A DNA stretch of 63,505 nt, filler included, from Chiloscyllium plagiosum (lineage: Eukaryota), in the NCBI RefSeq assembly GCF_004010195.1. It is 3 parts of one record of this genome, joined end to end, with 100 filler letters (N's around TTAATTAATTAA, not from the genome) between each part and the next. Parts side by side here need not be neighbours in the genome. Positions count along the whole stretch, not along the records: positions 27,033 to 57,113 come from NC_057710.1; 2 more parts are not named here. One strand, written 5' to 3'. The position numbers and the translations under genes are program-made. Below the pieces are notes generated by a model. The model was not told the origin of the DNA and ran no database searches. It saw nothing but the letters and a program-made list of their open reading frames with translations. Each line of letters opens with the position of its first letter. The stretch's first letter is position 1. This document shows, piece by piece, positions 34,501 through 46,559 of this stretch.

Positions 34501-37500
34501 TTCCGGTCATTGTGCTCCTTCCCCTGAGGGGGCTTCCGGTCACTGTGCCCCTCCCCTGAGAAAGCTGCCGGTCACGGTGCCCCTCCCCCCCGAGGGAGCT
34601 CTCGGTCACTGTGCCCCTTTCCCTGAGGGAGCTTCCGGTCATTGTGCTCCTTCCCCTGAGGGGGCTTCCGGTCACTGTGCCCCTCCCCTGAGAAAGCTGC
34701 CGGTCACGGTGCCCCTCCCCCCCGAGGGAGCTCTCGGTCACTGTGCCCCTTTCCCTGAGGGAGCTTCCGGTCATTGTGCTCCTTCCCCTGAGGGGGCTTC
34801 CGGTCACTGTGCCCCTCCCCTGAGAAAGCTGCCGGTCACGGTGCCCCTCCCCCCCGAGGGAGCTCTCGGTCACTGTGCCCCTTTCCCTGAGGGAGCTTCC
34901 GGTCATTGTGCTCCTTCCCCTGAGGGGGCTTCCGGTCACTGTGCCCCTCCCCTGAGAAAGCTGCCGGTCACGGTGCCCCTCCCCCCCGAGGGAGCTCTCG
35001 GTCACTGTGCCCCTTTCCCTGAGGGAGCTTCCGGTCATTGTGCTCCTTCCCCTGAGGGGGCTTCCGGTCACTGTGCCCCTCCCCTGAGAAAGCTGCCGGT
35101 CACGGTGCCCCTCCCCCCCGAGGGAGCTCTCGGTCACTGTGCCCCTTTCCCTGAGGGAGCTTCCGGTCATTGTGCTCCTTCCCCTGAGGGGGCTTCCGGT
35201 CACTGTGCCCCTCCCCTGAGAAAGCTGCCGGTCACGGTGCCCCTCCCCCCCGAGGGAGCTCTCGGTCACTGTGCCCCTTTCCCTGAGGGAGCTTCCGGTC
35301 ATTGTGCTCCTTCCCCTGAGGGGGCTTCCGGTCACTGTGCCCCTCCCCTGAGAAAGCTGCCGGTCACGGTGCCCCTCCCCCCCGAGGGAGCTCTCGGTCA
35401 CTGTGCCCCTTTCCCTGAGGGAGCTTCCGGTCATTGTGCTCCTTCCCCTGAGGGGGCTTCCGGTCACTGTGCCCCTCCCCTGAGAAAGCTGCCGGTCACG
35501 GTGCCCCTCCCCCCCGAGGGAGCTCTCGGTCACTGTGCCCCTTTCCCTGAGGGAGCTTCCGGTCATTGTGCTCCTTCCCCTGAGGGGGCTTCCGGTCACT
35601 GTGCCCCTCCCCTGAGAAAGCTGCCGGTCACGGTGCCCCTCCCCCCCGAGGGAGCTCTCGGTCACTGTGCCCCTTTCCCTGAGGGAGCTTCCGGTCATTG
35701 TGCTCCTTCCCCTGAGGGGGCTTCCGGTCACTGTGCCCCTCCCCTGAGAAAGCTGCCGGTCACGGTGCCCCTCCCCCCCGAGGGAGCTCTCGGTCACTGT
35801 GCCCCTTTCCCTGAGGGAGCTTCCGGTCATTGTGCTCCTTCCCCTGAGGGGGCTTCCGGTCACTGTGCCCCTCCCCTGAGAAAGCTGCCGGTCACGGTGC
35901 CCCTCCCCCCCGAGGGAGCTCTCGGTCACTGTGCCCCTTTCCCTGAGGGAGCTTCCGGTCATTGTGCTCCTTCCCCTGAGGGGGCTTCCGGTCACTGTGC
36001 CCCTCCCCTGAGAAAGCTGCCGGTCACGGTGCCCATCTCCGGAAGCATCCGGTCACTGCACGCCCCAACCTCAGCAGAAGATTCTGGCCTTTGTGCCCCA
36101 CAGCCACCAGAGGAAGCTTCCAGTTACTGTGCCCCCTGACTCACCTGACGCCCCGTAACCCCCCATCCCAGTGCTTCCAGTCACTGTCTCTCTCCTCACT
36201 TCCAGAAGCTTCTTGTCTCTGTTCCCTTTACCCCTCAAAAGGAAGTTTTGGGTTACTGTGAGCCCTCTGCCAACCCAGCCGATTCCAGTTACTGTTTCCC
36301 TCTCCCCACCATAACGCCTTGGAAGCTTCCGGTCATTGTCGCCCTCCTCCTAATGGATGCCTCCAATCTCTGTGTGTCTCTCTCTGCCCACAGCGAAAGG
36401 TTCCGGGCCATTGTGCTTGCTTCGCTCCCCCCCTCTCCATCCTAACACCCACTGTGCCCACATCTCCCCCTCCCACCCGGCCACTTCCAGTCACTGTGCC
36501 CTTTACTCCTCAGCAGAAGCTTCTGGTCACTGTGCCCATTCCTCCAGAAGATTCCAGGCACTGAGCCCCTTCCACTGGCAGAAGTTTCTGGTCACTGTCC
36601 TCCAACCTCCCGAATCCTGCCACCGAGGAAGGTTCGGATGACTGTTCCTTCCCCCTCTCCCTGCAGAGGAATCTCGTCTTTGTGCCCCTCAGCCCCCAGA
36701 GGAAACTTCCACTTCCAATGCCCCCTGCCCCACCCACCGCCCAGAAGCTTCTGATCACTGTGCCTTTCCCCACCTGCGAATGATTCCAGGCACTGATCCC
36801 TCCACTTAGCAGAAGCGCTGCGCCCCTTACTGGCAGCACACCCTCTCCCTCCCTCCTCCCCCACCAAGGAAACTTCCAGTCACTGTGCCCCTCAGCCCCC
36901 AGAGGAAGCTTTCTGTTAGTATCCCCTGACCCCCACCCCCTCAGCCACTTCAGTCACTATGTTCCCCCTCTCCCCACCCCCTCAGCCACCACCAACCTTC
37001 AGTTGCCATGCTCCTCACCCCCTGCTGCAGACAAAGATTCAGGTTAATGTGCCCCTCCTCCCTCCAGTGGATGGTTCCAGTAAGAGGGCACCTCCTCTCC
37101 TGCAGGAGATTCCAGTCACCGTGTCCCTCAGCCCCCAGAGGAAGATACCGGTTACTGTGCCCCTGCTCCACTACCCACTGCCCCTCGCCCACTCCCAGCG
37201 CATCCAGTCACTCTGTCTCCCTCCCCCTAGTAGAAGCTTCCACTTTCCACATCTCTCACTCTTTCCCCCCAGTTGGTGCATCTGGTCACTGTGTCTTCCC
37301 CCTCTCCAGCAGCTTCCAGTCACTGTGCCCCACATCATCCCCAAAAACAAATTCCGTTCTCTGTGAGTCCACTGCAAGGGGAAGATTCCCTGCCCATCCA
37401 CCCCAGCTGCTTCCAGTAACTGTATCTGCCCTGCCCCACGTCACCCAACCTCCCAGAACCTCTCCTCCTAGTACTGTGTCCCTCTCAAAGGAAGCTTTTG

Positions 37501-37635
37501 GCCCATTGCACCACCCTCTTCCCCCACCACTCCTACCCAATAGAGGAAGTTTCCAGTCACTGTATCCCTACCCATTTCCAGCAACTTCCACTGTGTCCCT
37601 GCCTCCCCCCCCCAAAACTGAAGCTTTTGTCCACT
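31530..37635. repeat. GC-rich ~33-bp minisatellite, degenerate monomers at both flanks
   Basis: Recurrent (GA)AGCTTCC(G/A)GTCACTGTGCCC core with C-rich spacers. Confidence 0.9.
31809..36034. repeat. 132-bp higher-order tandem repeat, ~32 apparently identical copies (34+33+33+32 bp monomers)
   Basis: The sequence recurs every 132 bp, and printed lines repeat every 660 bp. Confidence 0.97.
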
Positions 37636-37639
37636 TGTG

Positions 37640-40122
37640 ATTACCACTAATACAGAAATACAGCTGAAGGATGGACAGGATTGGCAGCTCCATGTTTCAA
37701 GATACAAATGTTATAGGAAGGATAGAAAGAGAAACAAGAGAGGAGAGGGAGAACATCATGGCAATACTGAGACAGGACATTCTTGAGGGTTCATTCACTG
37801 AGTCTATATGGGTACAACTGTGAAATGTAAAGAGGGAGATCACTTTGATAGCATTGTACAATAGACATCCCTCCCAATAATCAGTGGGAAATCGAGGAAC
37901 AAATACGTAGTGAGATCACAGATAGCTGCAAGAATAACAGGGTTGTAATAGTAGGGGATTTTAACTTTCCAATCATCGACTGGGACTGCCATAGTGTGAA
38001 GGCCTTGGATAGGGAGGAATTAGGTAAGTGTGTTCAGAAAGAATTTCTCAGGAATTATGTAGATGGCCCGACTAGGGAAGGGACAAAACTTGACCACCTC
38101 TTTAGAAATTAGGCAGGGTAAGTGTTTGTGCACGAGTACTTGGAACTAATGATCATAATTCCATTAGTTTGAAAATACCTTTGAAAAAGGATAGATCTGA
38201 TTCACAAGTTAAAGATCTAAATTGGAGTAATTGATGGTATTAGACAGGAACTTTCAAAAATTGATCTGGGGAGGGTGTTTGCAAAGGAGGTCTGGTAAGT
38301 GGGAGGTTTTTCCAAAATGAGTTAATGAGGGTTCAGGGCCAGCGTGTTCCGGTTAGAGTGAAAGGTAAGGCTGGCAGGAGTAGGGAACTCTGGATGGCGA
38401 GAGTTATTGAGGACAAGGAAAAGAAGGAGGCATATGTCAGGTAGAGACAGCTGAGATCAAGTGAATCCCTTGAGTAGAGGGAGTCTGGGAGTTCATGTAA
38501 GAAGGAAATCAGGAGGGCTAAAAGGGGACATGACATGGTTTTGGAAAATATGTAAAGAAGAATCTGAAGAGGTTCCACAAATACATGAAGCGTACAAAGA
38601 TTGACTAAGTAGAGAATAGAGCTTTTAAAGATCAACAAGGTTATCTACTTGTGTGGAGCCACAAGAGATGAGTGAGATCCTAAATAAAAATTTCTTGTCA
38701 GTATTTGCAGTTGAGAAAGATATGGATGCCAGGGATCTTTGGTAAATAAATAGTGTCCACATGTCAGAAGAGGTGCTGGAAATCTTAAAACACGTTAGGT
38801 TAGATAAATCCCTGGGACCAGATGAAGTGTATCCCAGGATTTTGTGAGAGGCTAGGGAGGAAATTGCAGGCCCTCTAGTAGAGACATTTGTATCACTGAC
38901 AACCACAGGTGAAATGCCTGAAGATTGGAGAGTGACTAATGCTGTGCCATCCTTTAACAAAGGCTAGAGGGAAATGCCTGGGAACCACAGACTGGTGACC
39001 CTAACGTCGGTGTTGGGTAAGTTGTTGGAGGGGATTCTGAGAGGCAGGATTAATAGGCATTTGGAGAGGCAAGGGCTCTTAAGAATTAGTTATTATCATG
39101 TGGAACCTTGTTAAAGGCCTTGCTAAAATCCATGTAGACAACCAAACTGCCATCATCTACTTTCTCGGTCACCCATTCAAAAGATTCAATCAAATTTGTG
39201 AGACACGATTTCCCATGCACAGTATCCAGACAGTTAGCCAATTGGATACAAAATTGGCTTGATGATAGAAGACAGATGGTGGTGGTAGAGGGTTGTTTTT
39301 CAGATTGAAGGTCTGTTTGCCACAGGGATTAATGCTGGGTTCACTGCTATTTGTTATTAATATGTATGATTTGGATGAGAATTTAGGAGGTATAATTTGT
39401 AAGTTTGCAGATGACATCGAGATTGGAGCTATAGTGGACAGTGAAGAAGGTTATTTGGGAATGCAATAAGATCTTGAGCAACTGGGCCAGTGGGCTGAGG
39501 AATGGTAGATGGAGTTTAATTTAGATAAATGTAAGCTGTTGCATTTTGGTAAGACAGACCTGGGCAGGACTTACACAGTCAATGGTAGGACCCTGAGGAG
39601 TGTTATACAACACTGTTATAGATCTAGGGGTACAGGTTCATAGCTCCTTGAAAATAGAGTCACAGGTAAACAGGGTGGTAATTAAAGCTTTCAGCATGCT
39701 TGGTTTCATCAGTCAGAGCATTGAATGTAGAAGATGGGAAGTCTTGTTGCAGCTGTACAAGACATTGGTGAGGCCACATTTGGAGTACTCTGTGCACGTT
39801 TGATAGCCTTCCTATAGAAAGGGTATTATTAAACTCTAAAGAGTGGGAAAATGATTTACCAGGATGCTACATGGATTGGAAGGTTTGAGTTCTAAGGAGA
39901 GGTTGGATACGCTTGGGCTTTTTGTCTCTGGAGTATAGGTGACTGAATGGTGACTTTATTGAAGTCCATAAAATCATGAGAGGCATAGGTAAGGTAGATC
40001 GCAAACAGATTTTCCTCAGTGATAGGGGAGTCTAAAACTCGAGATCACAGTTTTAAGGAGAGAGGGGAGAGATACAAAAGGGATCAGAGGGGCAATTATT
40101 TCACACAAAGGGTGGTTAGTCA
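37640..40122 (+). mobile_element. Decayed long CR1 ORF2 (EN plus RT) with a short internal inversion at ~39090-39225
   Basis: VIVGDFNFPIIDW, DKSLGPD, EDWRVTN, KFADD, RPHLEY motifs with many stop codons. Confidence 0.88.
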
Positions 40123-40569
40123 ATAGACAATAGACAATAGGTGCAGGAGTAGGCCATTCAGCCCTTCGAGCCTGCACCGCCATTCAATATGATCATGGCT
40201 GATCATTCCTAATCAGTATCCTGTTCCTGCCTTATCTCCATAACCCTTGATTCCACTATCTTTGAGAGCTCTATCCAACTCTTTCTTAAATGAATCCAGA
40301 GACTGGGCCTCCACTGCCCTCTGGGGCAGAGCATTCCACACTGCCATAGGTAGTGATGAAAGCGAATACAATTTTGTTGTCTTAGAAATATTTACACATG
40401 CCTCCCATTCACTCTGTACCTCCCAGCTGCTGCTCTGAGCCAAGTACCATGTCAAGTCTTGGCAAGAATCCATACCACGCGAGATTTATCCGCTTGTAAA
40501 GACATACCTCGGCTGCAGTGTTTCAGCAATGAAGAGATGCTGAATAATCTCAAATTGTTTTCTTTGGAG

Positions 40570-41700
40570 CAGAGAAACCGGAAACAAAAGCATAAATTGC
40601 TGGAAAAATTCCACAAGTCTAGCAGCACCTGTGGCGAGACATCAGATTTAATATTTCAGGCCCAGTGACCTTTCTTCAGATGCATATTCAGAAAACGAGG
40701 TTGAGGCAGAGTAAACGACAGGTGGAGATGGAGCCCAGAGAGAGAGAAGAACAGATGGACAGACAAAGGCATGCTGAAAGGTCAGTCTTAGAGAATGAAA
40801 TGGCTGACACTGGGTTATTTGTGGTAACGGACCACATGGTCACAAAGTCTGATGTGTTGGGGTGGGGGTAAGGACGTAGGAGAAGTTGCTTCAAGCTCTA
40901 AAATTATTGAGCACAACATTAAAGCCAGAAGTCTGCAGGGTCCCCAAGTGCAAAATGAGGTGTTGTTCTTCCAGCTTACGCTGAGCTTTGCTGGAACACT
41001 GTAACAAGCCCGAGAGATGTTGGCCAGAGAACAGGGTGGCATGTTGAAATGGCAGGCAACTGGTAGCTCAGGGTCGTTTTTGTGGAGAGAAGGTAATTTA
41101 TCCATTCTGGGTTTTGTGTCCCCACTGCAGAGGAGATCACATTATGAACAATGAGGACAGTAAACTAGATTGTGTGAAATGCAGGTAAATCACTGCTTCA
41201 CCTGGAAGGTGTGTTTGGAACCTTGGATAGTGAGGAGGGAGGAAGTAAACTGGAAGATGTACCACTTTCTGTGAATGTGAGATGTCACCGTGAGTGTGTG
41301 GAGATGTGTTGGGAGTAAAGGAGGAGTGGACGTTGGTGTCAGGTCCCTGCGGAAGACTGACAAAGGAGGAGAGGGGAATATGTGTCTGCTGGTGGCATCT
41401 CACTGTCTCTTTTGAGGTGTAAAAAATATTAGCTAATAATCCTCTGGATATGGATGCTGGTGGGATGGTAGATGAAGCTCGGGGAATCCTAATGATGCTA
41501 TGTGAGGGAAGTGAAGGGGTGAGGGCTGACATTCGGGATATAGGTTGCATGCGTTTGAGGGTTGTGTCAACACCGGTGCTGGGGAATCCTCAGTTGAGGA
41601 AGAAAGTGGGCGTTTCGGACACCCCCTTTTTGAAGGTGGCATCATCAGAACAGATTCAATAGAGGTGGAGGAATTGGAGAATAGAATGGGGTCCTAACAG
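40570..41700 (-). mobile_element. Older Penelope-like element (family C), 3' half
   Basis: PVACHFN..; decayed hammerhead CUGAAGA-AAGGUC-ACU-GGGCCU-GAAA on the minus strand at ~40652-40679. Related RT sequence continues at 44815-45730. Confidence 0.72.
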
Positions 41701-41704
41701 GATG

Positions 41705-44700
41705 CAGGCTGAGTTTGAAACCCAACAGGATAAACAACATAGACTACAGATTCAAAAACACCAGCAACAGTTCTCCTTCCAGATTCTCCACTTCCCACTC
41801 GCCATAATGCGCTGGCACCTAACCTCTCTACAGTCAGCCCTGACTCAGCTGAGGGCCACTCTCTCTCAGAACTGCAAAGGACCCACTCTGTACTATATCC
41901 TCAGGAGAATTGATACTCTCAACAAACAGTATTTCAACACCATCTCCAACATCAAAAACTGTAAGTACAACAAACTTTTATNNNNNNNNNNNNNNNNNNN
42001 NNNNNNNNNNNNNNNNNNNNNNNNNNNNNNNNNNNNNNNNNNNNNNNNNNNNNNNNNNNNNNNNNNNNNNNNNNNNNNNNNNNNNNNNNNNNNNNNNNNN
42101 NNNNNNNNNNNNNNNNNNNNNNNNNNNNNNNNNNNNNNNNNNNNNNNNNNNNNNNNNNNNNNNNNNNNNNNNNNNNNNNNNNNNNNNNNNNNNNNNNNNN
42201 NNNNNNNNNNNNNNNNNNNNNNNNNNNNNNNNNNNNNNNNNNNNNNNNNNNNNNNNNNNNNNNNNNNNNNNNNNNNNNNNNNNNNNNNNNNNNNNNNNNN
42301 NNNNNNNNNNNNNNNNNNNNNNNNNNNNNNNNNNNNNNNNNNNNNNNNNNNNNNNNNNNNNNNNNNNNNNNNNNNNNNNNNNNNNNNNNNNNNNNNNNNN
42401 NNNNNNNNNNNNNNNNNNNNNNNNNNNNNNNNNNNNNNNNNNNNNNNNNNNNNNNNNNNNNNNNNNNNNNNNNNNNNNNNNNNNNNNNNNNNNNNNNNNN
42501 NNNNNNNNNNNNNNNNNNNNNNNNNNNNNNNNNNNNNNNNNNNNNNNNNNTTTCCAACTGCCGCTGAGACATTAACCGCCTCAACCTGTCTATCCCCCTC
42601 CCCCAATCCAACCTCTCACCCTCACAATGTGCAGCCCTCCACTCCCTCTGCTCCAATCCCAACCTCACCATCAAACCAGCAGATAAAAGGTAGTCTGGCG
42701 CACTGACCTCTACACCGCTGAAGCCAGATGCCAACTCGAGGACACCTCTTCCTACCACCTCCTCGACCATGACCACATCCCCCATCACCAAACCGTCATC
42801 TCCCAGACCATACAGAACCTTATCACCTCAGGAGATCTCCCACTCACAGCTTCCAACCTCATAGTCCGGGAACCCCGCACTGCCCGGTTCTACCTCCTTC
42901 CTAAGATCCACAAGCCTGACCACCCTGGCCGACCCATTGTCTCAGCATGCTCCTGCTCCACCGAACTCATTTCCACCTACCTTGACACTGTCCTACCCCC
43001 CCAGTCCAGGAACTTCCCTCCTACGTTTGAGACACCACCCACGCCCTCCACCTCCTCCAACACTTCCATTTCCCTGGCTCCCAATGCCTCATCTTCACCT
43101 TGGATATCCAATCCCTCTACACCTCCATCCGCCATGACCAGGGCCTCCAAGCCCTCCGTTTCTTCCTCTCCCGATGTCCCCAACAATACCCTTCCACCGA
43201 CACTCTCATTCGTTTGGCTGAACTGGTCCTCACCCGTAACAATTTCTCCTTTGAATTCTCCCGCTTCCTCCAGACCAAAGGGGTAGCCATGGGCACACAT
43301 ATGGGCTCCAGCTATGCCTGTCTCTTTGTTGGCTAGGTAGAACAGTCTATCTTCCATAATTACACCGGCACCACTCCCCACCTCTTCCTCCGCTACATTG
43401 ATGACTGCATTGGCGCCACCTCATGCTCCCGCGAGGAGGTTGAGCAATTCATCAACTTCACCAACACATCCCAACCTGACCTTAAATTTACCTGGACCAT
43501 CTCTGACACTTCCCTCCCCTTCCTGGACCTCTCCATGTCCATTAATGATGACTGACTTGACATTCACATTTTTTACAAACCCACCAGCTCCCACAGCTAC
43601 CTGGATTACACCTCTTCCCATCCTACCTCCTGCAAAATGCCATCCCATAATCCCAATTCCTCCGCCTCCGCCGTATCTGCTCCCAGGAGGACCAGTTCCA
43701 CCACAGAACACACTAGATGGCCCCCTTCTTTAGAGAATGCAATTTCCCTTCCCATATGGTTAAAGATGCCCTCCAATGCAACACATCCACATCCTGCCCC
43801 TCCGTCCTCAAACCCCACCCCTCCAACCGTAACAAGGACAGAACGCCCCTGGTGCTCACCTTCCACCCTACCAACCTTTGCATAAACCACATCATCCGAA
43901 GACATTTCCATCACTGCCAAACGGACCCCACCAGCCGGGATATATTTCCGTTCCCACCCATTTCCGCTTTCCGCATAGACTGTTCCCTCCGTGACTACCT
44001 GGTCAGGTCCATGCCCCCCAACAAACCACTCTCCCGTCCTGGCACCCCACCTGCCACCGCAGGAATTGCAAAACCTGCGCCCACACAACCCCCCTCACCT
44101 CCATCCAAGGCCCCAAAGGAGCCTTCCACATCCATCAAAGTTTTACCTGCACATCCACCAATATCATTTATTGCGTCCGTTGCTCCCGATGCGGTCTCCT
44201 CGACACTGGGGAGACTGGGCGCCTCCTAGCAGAGCGCTTTCGGGAACATCTCTGGGACACCCGCACCAATCAACCACACTGCCCTGTGGCCCAACATTTC
44301 AACTCCCCCTCCCACTCTGCCGAGGACATGCAGGTCCTGGGCCTCCTCCACTGCCGTTCCCTCACCACCCGATGCCTGGAGGAAGAACGCCTCATCTTCC
44401 GCCGCGGCATACTTCAACCCCAGGGCATCAATGTGGATTTCATCAGTTTCCTCATTTCCCGTTCCCCCATCTCACCCCAGCTCCAGCCTTCCAGCTCAGC
44501 ACTGTCCCCATGTCATGTCCTACCTGCCTATCTTCCTTCCCACCTATCCACTCCACCCTCCTCTCTGACCTATCTCCTTCATCCCCACCCCTATTCACCC
44601 ATTGTACTCTGTGCTACTTTCTCCCCACCCCCACCCCCCTCTCATTTATCTCTCCACTCCGCAGGCAGCCTGCCTTCATTCCTGATGAAGGGCTTTTGCC

Positions 44701-44812
44701 CGAAATATCGATTTTCCTGCTCCTCAGATGCTGCCTGTCCTGCTGTGCTTTTCCAGCACCACTCTAATCTCAACTCTGATTTCCAGCATCTGCAGTCCTT
44801 GTTTTTACCCTG
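41705..44812 (+). mobile_element. Near full-length Penelope-like element (RT, Cys-linker, GIY-YIG; Neptune-like), frameshifted
   Basis: TIKPADKG, ARFYLLPKIHK..GRPIVS, DIQSLYTSI, GVAMGTHMG, LRYIDD, C..NCKTC linker, IYCVRCSRCG..GETG, ERFREH. Hammerhead core CTGATGA at 44682 and terminal tail. Confidence 0.92.
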
Positions 44813-45074
44813 TGAGAACGTATTGACAATATAACTGTAGGAGTCAGTGGGTTTGTCATGGATATAGGTGGCCAGCCTATCCCTAGAAATGGAAATAGAG
44901 ATGTCAAGAAAGGGGTGGGTGGATTCTGAAATGGACCAGCTGAAGTTGAGAGCAAGGTTGAAATTAGAAGCAAAATTGATTAAGTTTTCCAATTCCAGAT
45001 CAGAGAGGGAAGCAGCACCGATAATATTGATATATTGGAGATGGAAATATGAGAGTAGGCTGAAGGAGGACTGG

Positions 45075-45286
45075 GAGAAAGTGAGGACTGCAGATGCTGG
45101 AGATCAGAGCTGAAAAATGTGTTGCTGGAAAAGCGCAGCAGGTCAGGCAGCATCCAAGGAGCAGGAGAATCGACGTTTTGGGCATAAGCCCTTCATCAGG
45201 AAGGGCTTATGCCCGAAACGTCGATTCCCCTGCTCCTTTGATGCTGCCTGACCTGCTGCACTTTTCCAGCAACACATTTTTCAGCT
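45075..45286. mobile_element. Palindromic PLE-derived insertion inside an older PLE
   Basis: 15-bp duplication CTGAAGGAGGACTGG at 45060-45074 and 45287-45301. Confidence 0.87.
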
Positions 45287-46068
45287 CTGAAGGAGGACTG
45301 GAACAAGGAAAGATCCAGGTAGCCCACAAAGAGACAGGTATAACTGGGGCCTATGCACATACCCTTGGCCACCCCTCTGACCTGAAGAAAATGACAGGCA
45401 TTAAAAGAAAATTTGTCTCAGATGAGGGTGAGCTTGGCAAGCAGAGGAGTGTTTTAGTGGATGGGGATAGTTCTGATGTATTTTCCAGCAAGAAGCATAG
45501 AGTCCTGAGACCTTTCTGATAGACATGTAAAGGGTTTGCATGTCTATGGTGAAGAGGAGGCGGTTGAAGCCCAACACGTTTCTTAAGGTCTGGTGCCCAG
45601 ATCTGATGTTTTGGGGTGGGGGTAATGACATAGGAGAAGTTGCTTCAAGGTCTAAAATTATTGAGCATAATATTAAATCCAGAAATCTGCAGGGTCCCCA
45701 AGTGCAAAATGAGATGTTCTTCGACTTACGCTGAGGGTTTACCCAGGTTTTTATATAACTCCTTGTACTCCAGTCTTCCAGATATAAGGCACTTATTTCC
45801 TGTACCTGTTTGTGGTATTTTAAAAATCTATGTCTCTGAACACATCAGTCTCTTTGGACATCCACTGTATTTAACTTTATAGTGTTTAGAAAGTTTGGTC
45901 CTAAATGGATACTTCACTACGATGCTGCATAACATAGTGTCATCAACAAATTTGGATGCATCATTTTTATTTTTTATCCCAATCATTAAGGCCCTAACAC
46001 AGATTATTTTGGGTCACCACTGGTCTCATCCAGTGAGTATGAGGTCCACGTGGCTAATGTAACAATCA

Positions 46069-46323
46069 CTACATCCTTCCTTCCCTGTCAGGGTCCGAGG
46101 ATATGGACAGATTCTTTTTATGGTAGCTCATCCCAGGGTTCCTCGAACTCAGCCCCGATATGGCTGGTATGTAATACGCAGTAATTTGCCTCTTGCGCTC
46201 GGAGCATCTCTGAAGAATTTCGTTCTTCTCTTCAGTTCTCAAAGGTGTTGAGACAGTGACATCCAAAATGTCCATCTCAGATTCTGAGATATCTTCAACG
46301 ATTGATATAAAAGGAGAATCCAT
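46069..46323 (-). CDS. Unidentified 84-aa ORF / candidate host exon
   Basis: Non-repetitive and retains 8 CpGs. Strong acceptor CCTTTCCAACTTTTCCAG| 5 nt before the ATG (exon start 46328). Donor CAG|GTAGGT at 46417. AATAAA at 45966-45971, ~100 nt after the stop. Confidence 0.4.
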   Translation of the reverse strand: MDSPFISIVEDISESEMDILDVTVSTPLRTEEKNEILQRCSERKRQITAYYIPAISGLSSRNPGMSYHKKNLSISSDPDREGRM

Positions 46324-46559
46324 GAGTTCTGGAAAAGTTGGAAAGGCATTTGAGGAACTGGCTAAGTGTTGCTCCTAAGCTGTTTGCGAGGTTGCAGCTA
46401 TCATATGATTCACCTACCTGAACTTTATACATCACTGGACTTGGATGTTTTGCCAACCATGATTATTACTCATGCAGTTGAGAGGGTGGAAAAGCATAGC
46501 AGGTTAGGCAGCATCCAAGGAGCAGGCAAATCGACGTTCAAGCAAAAGCCCTTCATGAG

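Noticed and set aside
31790..35995. 1401-aa minus-strand ORF as a real gene
   Set aside because: It is a by-product of a triplet-length GC-rich repeat, with no unique domain or supporting gene structure.
31809..36034. CRISPR-like array
   Set aside because: No unique spacers and no cas genes. The context is vertebrate and this is a plain tandem repeat.
31530..37635. Many CACTGTG words (reverse complement of the V(D)J RSS heptamer CACAGTG)
   Set aside because: No nonamer (GGTTTTTGT) at 12/23-bp spacing and no V, D or J coding segments nearby.
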